A stretch of DNA of 64,000 bases from Eledone cirrhosa (taxonomy: Eukaryota). Below, piece after piece: positions 14,111-31,314 of the stretch. The position numbers and the translations under genes are program-made. The stretch covers positions 345,030,001 through 345,094,000 of the forward strand of contig OZ024740.1 in NCBI GenBank assembly GCA_964016885.1, read 5' to 3'. Each line of letters begins with the position of its first letter. Within the stretch, counting starts at the first letter, position 1. The notes beneath the pieces are model-generated. The model made no database searches, had not been told where the DNA came from, and saw nothing but the letters and a program-made list of their open reading frames with translations.

Positions 14111-14474
14111 CGATATTAAATAAATGGAAACTAAATTTATAAAACCATATTTATTTCATTATATATATTTCAGGGATATCATATTAAAATATGTTATGCC
14201 TTCTTCAGAAAAAATACAATATGAACAGTCTTATAAATAGATAGATTCGACATACCTTTCAACTTCGACTTCTATTTGAAAAGTTGATTTGGTAGATCAA
14301 CTTTTCAAATAGAAGTCGAAGTTGAAAGGTATGTCGAATCTATCTATTTATAAGACTGTTTATATTGTATTTTGTCTGAAGAAGGCATAACATATTTTTA
14401 ATATGATATCCCTGAAATATATATAATGAAATAAATATGGTTTTATAAATATAGTTTCCATTTATTTAATATCG
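14111..14474. mobile_element. Near-perfect ~180-bp-arm palindrome (inverted pLTR fragment)
   Basis: Axis at AAGTTGAT-ttggtag-ATCAACTT (~14292); (TA)n on both sides; each arm carries a hammerhead. Confidence 0.8.
14370..14431 (+). ncRNA. Type I hammerhead motif; mirror copy at 14154-14214 (-)
   Basis: TTTTGT-CTGAAGA-AGG.ATA.CATATT-ttt-AATATG.TAT.CCT-GAAA-TATATA-TA-ATGAAA. Confidence 0.7.
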
Positions 14475-14518
14475 TATATATATATATATATATATATGCA
14501 TATATGTATATATATATA

Positions 14519-14649
<131 letters not shown>

Positions 14650-14759
14650 GTATTGTATGTCTACATATATATGTATATATTTATATATATATAAATATAT
14701 ATATGTAAGTATGTATGTATACGTACATACATATATATATACAGACGTACAGTACCATG

Positions 14760-14793
<34 letters not shown>

Positions 14794-15112
14794 TACAGGC
14801 ACACATATATATATGCACGTATCAGTTTACCGAACATTTATTATAATGTTCGCATTGTTCGTTTGTAAACAAACGAACAGCCTGATTTACGCCGTACAGT
14901 GTTCAGGCAACCACGTCACCTTTTTGTTCAACACTGACACAGGAAAGATGTACTAGTTTCAAGCGTGTTAGCTATCGTCAGCACCGTATACCTTTCTGCC
15001 AGATGGTTAAACGTTCGAAAGTATATACTTTCCTTATGAAAATTAACGGCTAAGCAGCCTAATTTGCATATCGAGTGAGTTCAGTCGGCCAAGCGCACCG
15101 AAAACGATAAAT

Positions 15113-15218
15113 GGAATAGAATGAAACGAAATTTCATTTCTCACTCTTAGTACGGCACTTACTTAAATGTAAGTGCCGTACTAAGAGTGAGAAATGTAAT
15201 TTCGTTTCATTCTATTCC
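15113..15218. repeat. ~50-bp-arm palindrome adjacent to (TA)n
   Basis: GGAATAGAATGAAACGAAAT...GGCACTTAC / GTAAGTGCC...ATTTCGTTTCATTCTATTCC. Confidence 0.85.
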
Positions 15219-15259
15219 AATATATATATGCATATATATATATGTATATATATATCTAC

Positions 15260-15362
<103 letters not shown>

Positions 15363-15633
15363 ATTAATGTATAATCTGTAATCCAAGACAGACGATGATT
15401 GTGTTGTTATCAGTTGCTTAAATTGGATCTCAGTATTGTTCAAGGTAAGACATCTTTCTAAAACATAAGCCGACTATGCGTCGCCTAATCGACGGTTGGC
15501 TAAATTTTACATACATACTTACACAGAATGCATAAGACAAACACATATTCATTCAAACAGGCCCACCCAGATGGGCAAACATACACCCCCACACACACAA
15601 CCACAAACGAATATACATATTTATATGCGGTTA

Positions 15634-15668
<35 letters not shown>

Positions 15669-15847
15669 TTTACACACACATATATACATATATTTATATA
15701 TACACACATATTTACACGCCCATATATATATATATATATATACATATATACATATATATATGTATATATGTGTATATGTGTGTGTAAATATGTGTATGTA
15801 TATATATATGTATATGTATGTGTGACGGGGGTGTATATATATATATA

Positions 15848-16100
15848 TATTAATTCAAAATATTAACAAAATATATATGCTTGTGATCAATTATATTTTA
15901 TTTTTCATGTTTCATAGGTACTGAGTTAACTTCAACAGTACGTCCTCATCAGATAAAATAAGATGATGCATGACATACCCTGACATAGTAAATGGTTAAG
16001 ATTCAGTCATGGTTGTGAGTAATATATGACAAAACTCAATATTTATATACCTTAATATTGAAAACATGAAAAAAACTACATATAATACATATAATAGAGG
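15848..16100 (-). mobile_element. pLTR-like repeat with hammerhead (15894-15960), homologous to 48630-49055
   Basis: Minus strand TATTTTAT-CTGATGA-GGACGTACTG...CAGTACC..TGAAA. Confidence 0.65.
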
Positions 16101-16204
16101 GGGTGCGGGTGAGAAATCTTAAAAAATACATGGCAGCAATATAACTGTTAAATATTCAAATAATTTTAATTACTGAAGAAAGAGGAAAGAAAAGAATGGC
16201 ATAT

Positions 16205-16354
16205 TCTTGAATTCCGAGTCCAAAAATAGCCGTCGAAACTGCTTGAGCTCTGCCGTCGGGGTCATACTTTTTCCTATTTCTCACTCTACTACCCAAAGTA
16301 TTGAGTACTCTGGTGCGTTATGGTCCATCTGGTTCCTTACCACATTTCCTTTGT

Positions 16355-16386
<32 letters not shown>

Positions 16387-16410
16387 TATAAATATATATA
16401 CGACTGTTTT

Positions 16411-16460
<50 letters not shown>

Positions 16461-16625
16461 AAAACAGTCAGGAAGGACCCCGACGGCTGAGCTCTGCCCA
16501 TTTCGACACGGCTGGGGCTCAGCCGTCGGGGTCCTGACTTGTTTCCTATTACCCTCTCTACTACTCTAAGTATCGAGTACTCTGGTGCGTTATGGTCCAC
16601 CTGGTTCCTAACCACACTTTCTTTG
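16205..16625. mobile_element. Fragments of a pLTR-like repeat (also 22290-22485, 49085-49270)
   Basis: Shared GAAACGGCTTGAGCTCAGCCGTCGGGG...GAGTACTCTGGTGCGTTATGGT sequence, partly palindromic, separated by (TA)n. Confidence 0.7.
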
Positions 16626-16651
16626 CCATATATATATATATCTATATATAT

Positions 16652-17277
16652 ATTTGTATTTTAACTCCTAGAATTAACGATTAACTGATTAATTTAATTA
16701 GACAATTCTATTGATTGATTAATTGTTTATGTTTGTTTGATAACTTCTGGTTGGGTGCTTAATTCGGTTTGTCTAAGGGAATTTCATTCCTTTGTCCCAA
16801 ATTTCGAATTCACCGTCAAAACGCGGGTTACCTCCGTTTGAGAAAACCACGTGTCTATAGCGAATTTACTGCTAGAAAACACACCCGCTGAGGCAATAGA
16901 ACGCAAGACTTGTTGACGAAGTAAATCCTTTGTTTTATTGTCAAAGGCCATTAACTTGCAGACCCATGCAAGCGGAATTAGCAGATCTCCGATTTACAGA
17001 AACCTAGCGTGTATATCGTATGCTATACGATATGCGTTATGTGTTGCATTCGATCTCATGGCCCAGGTCAGTCAAAATCTTTCCCTGAGTTCAGTCTTTT
17101 TCGTTGCTATGGCAATGCGACTGGACTGCCAGTCCCTATATTTGATTTGCAAAGCTGTCTAAAGGTATTATTATAACTCTGGGGTAATATTCTCCATCGA
17201 GTGCTAAAGCTACATTCCGAATCTGCATTCATTAGCTTAGCCGCAGCCTAAAGCTTCGTTAATGCTGTACTAAAATT

Positions 17278-17281
<4 letters not shown>
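16652..17281 (-). repeat. Unclassified ~630-bp interspersed repeat (family B)
   Basis: Diverged homolog of 47855-48518; (TA)n on both sides. Confidence 0.7.
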
Positions 17282-17321
<40 letters not shown>

Positions 17322-17324
17322 ATC

Positions 17325-17398
<74 letters not shown>

Positions 17399-17650
17399 TT
17401 GTGTGCGTATGTGTCGTGTAAATCTGATGCATATATGCGTTTAAACTTATCTTTATCACTAAGTCTTCCACTTTCTTCATTTTTACAATTTTGTTCCATT
17501 TGTTAATGTTGATGCAGTATCTGTTGCTGCTGAGGCGCTACAACAAATATATACATATACACAAATAATTTTCAGTCAGATATTCATATAGAATAACGTA
17601 TGTACACACGTGACACACACCTGTCCAAACACACTCAGACAAACACACAT

Positions 17651-17685
<35 letters not shown>

Positions 17686-17779
17686 TATATATATTTACAT
17701 ATGTATACATTCATCATCGTGTGAGAGAAAAACAGACTGATAAACAAATATGTGTACTTCTGTCACTTCTGCCGCACCT

Positions 17780-17844
<65 letters not shown>

Positions 17845-17871
17845 ATATATATATTTTTTTTAAGTTGAGAC

Positions 17872-17944
<73 letters not shown>

Positions 17945-17994
17945 TACACATGTATAAATATATATATATATATTTATATACATGTGTACAAATG

Positions 17995-18090
<96 letters not shown>

Positions 18091-18275
18091 GTTTTAATAT
18101 AGATGAGATTCTACAGGACTAGAACTGTTTCATTCTTTAGAAATCATCAGATGATTTCTAAAGAATGAAACAGTTCTAGTCCTGTAGAATCTCATCTATA
18201 TTAAAACTTTTATACTCTGCTATGTATTGAGTACCTTACTTACTGTGGTTACCTCCGATTCAACCCGGAATAACG
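18091..18275. mobile_element. Family C pLTR palindrome (18091-18207, axis 18149) with hammerhead on the minus arm
   Basis: Perfect 58-bp arms; minus strand CTGATGA-TTTC-taaa-GAAT-GAAA-CAG..CTG-TA-GAATCT. Confidence 0.8.
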
Positions 18276-18314
<39 letters not shown>

Positions 18315-18441
18315 ATATATATATATTTATTTATATATATATATATATATCAACATGAATGGACCTGTTGTATTTATCTAAAAACATTTATTTCCAATTC
18401 TAACCCACCCGTCCACTCAATCTATCTTATTTTTCATTCTT

Positions 18442-18477
18442 TCTTCTGCTGAAGGACTAGGGACCGAAACGTTAAGA
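18442..18477 (+). ncRNA. Minimal PLE-type hammerhead, A6->C mutated
   Basis: TCTT-CTGCTGA-aGG-actaggga-CC-GAAA-CG-TT-AAGA; palindromic AACGTT stem III. Confidence 0.6.
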
Positions 18478-18562
18478 CCCCCTCCCTACTATATCTAGCG
18501 TTAACCTAATATATGCCTTCCATATAGCATACCGATTGTGTTGTTATTTCTGTTTACCTGTT

Positions 18563-22265
<3,703 letters not shown>

Positions 22266-22521
22266 TATATATATATATATATATATATATAACGAAGGAA
22301 ATGTGGTAAGGAACCAGGTGGACCATAACGCACCAAAGTACTCAATACTTAGGGTAGTAGAGTGGGTAATAGGAACGAGTAGAACCCCACGGGTGAGCTC
22401 AAGCCGTTTCGACGGCTATTTCTGGACTCAGAATTAGCCGTCGAAACGGCTTGAGATCAGCCGTCGGGGTCCTACTCGTTCCTATATATATATATATATG
22501 CATACATTTGTACACATGTAC

Positions 22522-22586
<65 letters not shown>

Positions 22587-22949
22587 CGTATATAGACTTT
22601 ATGTGAAATATTGAATGTCCAAACAGCGTCTTTAGAATAGAGTTATGTTACAATTGTGTTACAACCTTTAGTAGCCTTTTTATTTCTCTCGTTTCGACAT
22701 TTATTGTTTGGCAGTCTACATGTATTTGCAGGAAGATCGTTAAGTGTCTGTCCACACATTGATTTCAGTTACTCGGCTTAAAATATGTTTTAGTGTGTTT
22801 GGGAGTTGGTACATTAATTAGAGAGATCACGCACACACAGACTTACACATACAGACATACAGGCACAGACACGCATATATACAAACACACATACACAAAC
22901 ACAAATATGCGCACAGTCATTTATGTCCTGACACACACACACACATATA

Positions 22950-22986
<37 letters not shown>

Positions 22987-23207
22987 TATGTATGAGTGCG
23001 AAAAGTAAACGTAAAGGAGCACAGCAAATAATACGGTTTAACGCGCGATATAGTAGGAAAATTGTTATAAATTATTGAAGGTTCGGCGTCCGAAAATTTA
23101 CAATTATCCAACAATATTTCGCGTTAAACTAATATAGTGGAGCGCATCACTTGCTGTGTTCCGGTACGTTTGCTTTTCGCACACACGCACAAATACATAT
23201 ATATATA

Positions 23208-23318
23208 TATACATATAATTTCTGAAGGATATATTAGATAGAAACTTAGCAAATGAATACAACTATTTATTTGCTAAGTTTCAATCTAATATATGCTTCA
23301 GAAATTATATGTATATAT
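23208..23318. repeat. ~50-bp-arm palindrome between microsatellites
   Basis: CATATAATTTCTGAAG.ATATATTAGAT.GAAACTTAGCAAAT and its reverse complement. Confidence 0.75.
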
Positions 23319-23320
23319 AT

Positions 23321-23407
<87 letters not shown>

Positions 23408-23664
23408 TGTGTGTGTGTGCGTGTGTGTGTGTATGCGTGTGTGTGTGTGCGAAAAGTAAACTTAAAGGAACACAGCAAATGATCCGCCGATATACTTCGG
23501 CTAGCACTTAATCCATTGTATTGTAATAATCTAATAGGTATTCTCTCATATTTATATATTGTAAAAGATACTGATACATTATTAACACGATATATTAATT
23601 TATTTAGCCAGTTCAAAGACAGTTATGTATTGCAGCTATTAAAACCAAGAAATTATTTGCTGAA

Positions 23665-24512
23665 GCTTCGTCAGTTTTCCTCGGCGTTTTTTTCTTCGTA
23701 GCCTTTCGTAAATACCTCAAGTTGGCATAGTACTCTCCATTGGTAGTGTCGCAATTTTGAATATAAACACAATGCCTTTTCCTTCCACCAAACTTACAAC
23801 CTTCACCTTCGATGCAAATGAAACGACCTTGGCCTTCTTTGGAACAGGTGTGAGGGGTGTTTCGATTGCATGAAATTGTCTCTTTGTCTCTGGGTCACAG
23901 TGATTAACCCAATACTCACCCTGGGTTAAAATATTTCAAGGAAACCAGCTGAATCTACATCAAACTGTGTCAGATTGTCCCGTGAGGTGATCAGCTTGGT
24001 GTGCTTTTGATCAGGTGTGAAAAGACATGGCACCCTCACAACAGAATCCTTCGTCATGCCAAGTTCATTGTGCATAATATTTTTAAATCTGTCACAGGAT
24101 ATACTAATAGCATTGGCTATTTGATTTAATTCACCATGAGATAAACATGATCAATGTTTTCCTCGTTGGTGGCAGTTGCAGGACGTTCAGACATTGATTA
24201 ATCTTGAACACTCGCCCATCCCCTCATATATGGAGCTGCCCACTTGCATTGTTAATAGATCGAGAGCCTCATCCCCTAATCTAGCAATCATTTCAGCATG
24301 GATGTTGTTGGGGCTAAACGCTTATTCTGCAGCTACCTCAGGCCAATTTGTATCCATTTTCAAGAAAACCCGTTTCAAATTACTTTCGAAGTCTTCAGTT
24401 TACCCGGATTGAAACAATAATAAGAAAAATTGCAATTAATGCATGCAAGATTTTACCACGATAACGTCACTCCTTCATTAGTCAGCCTATGAGCTTTGCA
24501 GGCCATCCTAGA
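23665..24512 (-). mobile_element. Degenerate mariner transposon (5' TIR and transposase remnant)
   Basis: Minus strand remnants WVNHCDPETKRQ, PKKAKVV, KGIVFI, GEYYANL; TIR-like end abuts (TA)n. Confidence 0.8.
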
Positions 24513-24575
<63 letters not shown>

Positions 24576-25989
24576 CGCGTGTTCCAGCCGACAGGCTGAG
24601 GCCATGCTGTGGCCTCGCCATTAAAATTATAACCTCAGCTATGGGGAATGAAACGCCAGTCGGCTTACCACTATACTACCGACGTTTTACTTAGTCATGC
24701 GTAGGCGTATTTTCGTCCTATTTCTGTTTGATCAGTGACATCTATAAATAATTTCCCATTTTAGTTGGCAAATATCGTATAGCTATATGTTTAATTAAAT
24801 AAATTGCTATATATGATTGCTTTAAATTTCAATAGGACATGTGGTGGTTGTAATGAACAAATCTTTACGTTGACCATCTAATAAAAACAAAGTTTGATTT
24901 GTGGAGTTTTCGAATGAATTGAGAGAGGGCTGACAACACATATGGCCTTCTCGAGGCTCCAATGGAAATAAATTATCTGCTTTACGGACCCAGGGCTAGG
25001 TTGTGCTGTTACTCATAGCTACGCATTTGATTCCAGGTCAATCCTCATCGAGCAAAGATATGAAGAAAATCCCTCCAGTTTTCACCCTACTCTCTTTTTG
25101 TGCTTCAGTGACTACATTTTCAATATACATTTATTTGTTTATTTCATATGGAAGCTTGTGATTTTGTAGCAAAGATTTTTTTCTTTCATGTATCACTTTC
25201 ACTGAAGTGAAAGAAAAAAAATATATCACTTAGCTCCAATTACATTTTGGGTGTTTAGCTCTGTATTTTACCATCGAAATCTGATGAGCAACATATTGAA
25301 GCTGCATCGGATACAACATATAACATATCATATTCCCACATGATGAAGCTAGAGATTAATGACAATCAGTTAGTACTAAATAACCTATTGGTGAATCTAA
25401 TCTGGGTGTAGGTGTTCCAGCTCAGGGCTACGCTACACACACTAGAAAAGCAGCTATGGAAATAATTTACACAATGTACATTATTTTGCCTAAAATCAAA
25501 GCACCATATTAACCTTAGCAATTAACATCAGTTCATTTCATATTTTCAACTAATTATAGCACCAGATTCTGGACTAGATCTATTTCTCTGTAGTGACTTT
25601 TAATCTGCTAGTCATGGAATATATTACGGTGACATATCCACTGAGTCTTTACTAAGCTTCGGAGTAATTTTGAATATTATTCGGTAATGATATCCTTGCA
25701 GTCAATATTAAATTTCTATACAGGATATATGACATCATGGCTTAGTAAGTTTGTGATAAATAGTAAAAGTATATTCGCAACCAAAAGTAACGCGTTGTTT
25801 GATACAATAATGACGCTGTGGTCATGGATATTTGTATATAATTTGTTATTCAGTATGTTCTTAGTTAATTTACATCTCCATAGTATTTCAAATATATAAC
25901 TTACAGAACATTAAACAAAAAATTATGACGCATTGTGAGATTACAGTATAATAATAGTCTTCTCCGTTTTCTTCGTCACCCACTTAATC

Positions 25990-26560
25990 CTGGAAGAGTC
26001 TTTGGAGTAGAGTAGTAGAGTACTCAAACACGCCTTCCAGTGGAATCTGTCTGGATCCCCATTGATCCGCATGGATCCTCAAATGCGACCAGCCAAGCTC
26101 ATAGGTATTATCCAAACATCTTCTTCGGGTTCTATCCCTGGGACTCCTGTCGGCTGGCTTTTGCCCGTAGAATCTGTCCTGCGATTCTTTCCTGAAACAT
26201 TCTAACCATATGTCCGTGATCTCTCAATTCAGTGAAATAGTTGCTCTACCTGGAAGGACACTCTGATCTCTCAGCTACGCACTGTATCGAATAACGTTAT
26301 TCCAAACCCTATCAGACTAACCCCATTTTGGCAGCTTGTATTCGCTATCGTATTATTTCGATTAAGCGTTGGCATGAATATCGAATTGAAAATAGCAAGT
26401 TTGGCTTTTACAGCTACGTCTCTTCTGATGACCCAATGCTACAGCTGGCGCGAAACTGCCCCAGCTCCTGCAATTCTTACACTTAATGCATCCTCCTGTC
26501 TGTCATCACTCGGGAACACAACTCCAGGACACTTGTACTTCTACACTTACTTTAGTCGAC
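25990..26560 (-). mobile_element. Degenerate RTE (Rex3/Expander-like) LINE 3' fragment
   Basis: Minus strand remnants KYKCPGVVFPSDDRQEDALSVRIAGA, RIQAAKMG, GHMVRMFQERI. Confidence 0.7.
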
Positions 26561-27779
26561 CTCTGGTTAAGATATTAGGTTTATATCAGATATCACAGAT
26601 TGTTTATTGGAATTATTTGGCAGTTTCATTATACTACGTGAAAATTCCTAACATAATCAAGATTACTCTTAACCCACTTGAGACTAATATGAAATCGGCA
26701 CTAATAATATACGTGGGTAGAATCAATTGAGTTGTTTCTATAATATCTAGTCGGAAGGAAAATGATGGACTGGTCTGGTCGGTGGCGTGCCCAAGTAATT
26801 TGAAGTTCTGCAGGTTAACACCTGTGTGGAAATCACTCGTAATGTGGAATTTCTTGGGAAATGCAACCGGGAAAATATTTAGTACAAGGTTTATTGGCGA
26901 GACAACCCTCACAAAGAAACGAAGATAAGGTAAAGCATCAGCATAGAGGAGCAAATATGTGTTAATTCAAGAGAGGGGGAACAGCTAGTGTTCCAGTATA
27001 AGAGAAAACGATATCACCTCAATCTGCTATGTTTTGCAGCGCTTTGGGAAGGTTTTAAATGCAAGGTAAAAGTTAAATTGGTCCCTTCCCAATGCGGTTG
27101 ACGCCGGTAAAAATATATGGGCTACAATCAGCTGTTATCCTTGTTAACGTGTAGTCAACTTCATCTCCAATATGAGAACAATTTGAACGTCTACTAAAAT
27201 ATTGTTCTAGGCATGTTTAATACAATTCGAGAGAGGCCAGACATTTCCTTCCGATGACACCATTTTCGGAAATTGCATGATAAATACGAAATCAAATCTG
27301 TGATTTTCCCAACATTTCGTAAGGATTATAGTCTAACCGAAAATCCAAATATCATCCAGTTAAAACGTTAGGGTTTCAAATCACACACACGCACGTTCAC
27401 CCCCCCCCCCACCACGACCCCCCTCCCCCATATATATATATATAAATAAAAAGTCTCCCAGGTACGTCAACTGAGAAAGAAAGGAGTGAACATTGCACGA
27501 AAGCTTAGTGAAAGGGAACAATATATAGAAAGGAGAGAAATAGTAACCAGAAGAGAATAATATTGACTGCAGTACAACGCGCTAACAAAGAAGAACGACA
27601 CTTGAAAGAAGGGAGAATATTATAGACCGGGCGATGTGATGTCTATAATATGATACTTTCAAATAAAGCCCACATGGCTAAGTCTTCAGAATATAAATTC
27701 AAAATAATGGGCGCACAGGACAAAGACAATGGAAAAATACAACGGAACGATCGACAATTCCCTCTCCTCCGTCAACGTC

Positions 27780-27855
<76 letters not shown>

Positions 27856-28113
27856 AACCAATTGAATTTCGAAGTATAGTGAATTAGGAAATCTTAAATG
27901 TAGTCATCTCAATATCACTATAACATTAACAGTCGATTGCTAAATGACCAGAGAAATGCAGGTAGATTAATCTGGAGAATGGTAACAATTTGGTGAGAAT
28001 CGAACCCCACACACTCGAGCCGTACTTTATTTTAAGCGATCCATTCAACTAATATTTATAGTGATCGGCTTTTATAATAAGGGTCATTTTCGTTCGGTCG
28101 ACCATATTTCAAA

Positions 28114-28209
<96 letters not shown>

Positions 28210-28479
28210 TCACACTATTTCATTTTGTTTATTAGAGTGTGGACATATTGAAATATCGCTGTTTTCCTGGTAAGTGTAAAACAATTGAATTTGAAAACAG
28301 GTCCTTCTTTCAAACGAAATTCAGGACCAACAAATAGATAGCAGGATATTCCTCAGTCTCGTTCGTTGTATTTACTAATTATAGGATTTATAGTTATATA
28401 GCGTGGGTGGAATGAAACTCTCTATTGAAAACTAGTTATCACTTTTAGCCTAGTGTGACTATTTGGGACATCAAAGATG

Positions 28480-28750
28480 GCAACCCTCACCATTTTACCC
28501 GCACTTTACGTGAGTGCTTTGATGTGCAATTTCTAGAACGTTGCCTGGGTCATGGAGGTCCACATAAATTTTCAGTAAGACGTTCTGACTTGACGCCATA
28601 CAATTTTTTTGGCTGTGGGGGTGGGCGAATGAAGATGTCTATAGCTTAAAACCAAAAACTCTGATTAAATTGGAGGAATACATTCGCCATGTACTGATCA
28701 TCATAACGCCTGGTTCCTTATTAAGTCAGTCGAGGATTGACTTACCCGAT
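28480..28750 (+). mobile_element. Tc1/mariner-superfamily transposase C-terminal remnant
   Basis: DGNPHH..FLERCLGHGGP..SDLTPYNFF..WG resembles QDGAPPH..FP.RWIGRGGP..SPDLTPCDFFLWG. Confidence 0.75.
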
Positions 28751-29177
28751 TACAATTACTAGTGGGCAATGCTGTACAGTACTTCTACTATAACACTGTT
28801 CAGAATAAAGCATTTTTTATAAAAATCAAACAATAATTAATAAAGTTAGCAAATAAATTGTAAGTTTCTTTCAACCCAAACTCTAGTATGCAGATTAGCA
28901 CTAATAATTCCCTGTTTTCGTAATTTTACGTATTTTTCGTTTTTATAAGCGAATATGTCTGCAATGTAATACTCATTTTTCCTTCTTTAGTATAATCAAT
29001 TTGTTTAGTTGGATGTGTGTATGGATTTCGGTGTTTTGGTGGAAATAATTTTAAATATAAATGAAACCTTTTATCTATTTTGATTTTTGTTGTCGAACAT
29101 GCCAAGTGTTAATATGTCTTGCTTTTTTTGTATACTATTACTGATATTTCCTCTTGACTATATATTTTTATAAAACG

Positions 29178-29330
29178 GCAGCTAATTGGCAGTCGTTAGA
29201 ACGTCGGGTAGAATGAGTACCTTATTAGTTCCTGTTCTCTTCTCTCTAAATTCAAATCCTGCCGGTGTCAACTTTGCATTTCATCCTTTTGGAGTCAATA
29301 AAAAAATGCTAGTATAGTACTACCAGTAAC
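29178..29330 (+). mobile_element. Diverged SINE family 1 copy
   Basis: TTCAAATCCTGCCGGTGTCAACTTTGCATTTCATCCTTTTGGAGTCAATAAAA. Confidence 0.65.
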
Positions 29331-30484
29331 CTGCTGAAGACCTGAAGACCAAGCTTAAAATGTCCTAGAAACGATGTACGCCATTACGGTGCTCCTATGA
29401 CTGCATAGATTTTTATATAACAGTTGCTATTACTAGCAGTTCAAGCAGACACACTAGATTCCTTGTTTGATCATGTAAATGCAATACGTGGTGTTGGGTT
29501 GAATGTTTTTATTTTTTAAAGAATGAGTGAACCGTATGGCATGCGAAACCGGCTCAGTGAAATCTACCCCGTAATATTACTTCTATATTTATACATTATC
29601 AAATATATCAAGCACGCATGTAGGATCACACCAACCCATACACTTATAGACAGATACATAAACTCACATATACTCACACACACCTACAAATATTCATGTT
29701 GGGAATATTAAATATACGTAATCGTAAACACACTCATCCAAATGGAGACAGACGCAGAGACGCATAAACACACACATATGTAAATATTTAGATATAGTTA
29801 TAGTGGTCCATACGCCAATATTTATGTATGTATGCATATATGTATGTATGTATGTATGTATCTATATATGTATGTAGTTATGTTTGTATGTGTATATGTA
29901 TACATGTATATATATATAGAGAGAGATATATATGTGTGTATGTGTGCGTGTATTGTGTGTCTTTATGTGTCTTTATGTATGATTGTTTGCGTGTGTGTTA
30001 GTGCTTGGTTTTGTGTGCACACATAAATGTTTAAATAGAAATTAAATGAAAGTCATAGATGGGGAAAGGAATCTAGGGACAAGACAGATAGATAGAGAGA
30101 AGGAGAGAGATGAGGAGGAGGATGACGATGAGGAGGAGAAAGAGAGAGGATCAAAGAAAGAGAGAGATCAAAATAATGAATGGGTGAGAGGGATAGAGAG
30201 AGGAAAATAAAAGAGTGAGAGAATTTGTGCGAGGCTTATATAGAGAGATAGAAGAAGAAGGGAGAAGTTAGAGCAAACTTGAAAATAGAGAGGGAAAGAT
30301 GAAGTCGCTGCGAGAGAGAGGGAAATAGAAAGAGAAAGAGAAAGAGAGATAGAAAGAGAGAAAGAGCACAACATCAATCTGTCATCTAATCTTCGTGTAC
30401 TAAGGAAGCAGCCTTACTTCCTGTTTGGTGGTGTTCTTTGCATTATACACATATCCACATTTCCACACACACGCATACGGCATG

Positions 30485-30580
<96 letters not shown>

Positions 30581-31314
30581 TGTATGTGTGTGTACATATA
30601 TAAATATACATTTATGTGTACCTTCATACTTACGTGTATACAGTCAGACATAAAAACAGACATAAATATATACATAAATATATACATAAATATATACATA
30701 CAAAGACTAACAAACATCCTTAAACCAAACCCGTTTTACAGTTTTCTACTGCCACAACTTAATCGTCAAAATGGCACCGATGTCTTTGGTATTTCTAAAC
30801 TCATCTATGTCTGATCTTCCGGCCATTACCTTATTAAGCAGCCACATTGTTTTGTGTATGGAGTAGAAAGAAGACCAGATGCCGTTACTGAATTCAGTTG
30901 ATTACACAGGTTTAATTACACTTGTTCCTGTTAGTCTATACTTTCGTGTAGCAAAATATAAATATTAAGAAATCTACAGCAACCTCATCATAACAAAGTA
31001 AAACAGAAACAGAAAGAAATAACAAAAAGTGGACAGAAAAGACGCATAGAAATGTTAAACTAAAACTATAGAAATACAATTATATGTTCCCCTCAGTCAC
31101 TCAATGACTGTCCCTAACTCCTCTTTTATAGTTTGTCTATTTCTAAAAAATGCTAATCTTGTCGTAAAATCGTTTTTCCTCCAATTTATCCTTTCCTTTT
31201 TATCGATGTCTCTTTTTATATATTTTCTTTCTTCTGCTCCCCTCTGTATTCTATCAACGTTTTCTTTTTACAAACAAGTCCTAAGTATAATTGTATATAT
31301 ATATATACATATAT

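Noticed and set aside
15848-17281. Apparent inverted segmental duplication with 47855-49270 (same three repeat families)
   Set aside because: The order of the three pieces is not mirror-symmetric and the family B copies are strongly diverged; independent insertions are more likely.
26669-27375. Possible piggyBac-like non-autonomous element (TTAACCC start; similar AGGGTTTAA end at ~11895)
   Set aside because: No convincing matching TIR pair or transposase remnant.
27640-27695. Weak hammerhead candidates (also ~23220, ~29342, ~36470)
   Set aside because: Core words are present but stem I or stem III pairing is poor; too degenerate to call by eye.
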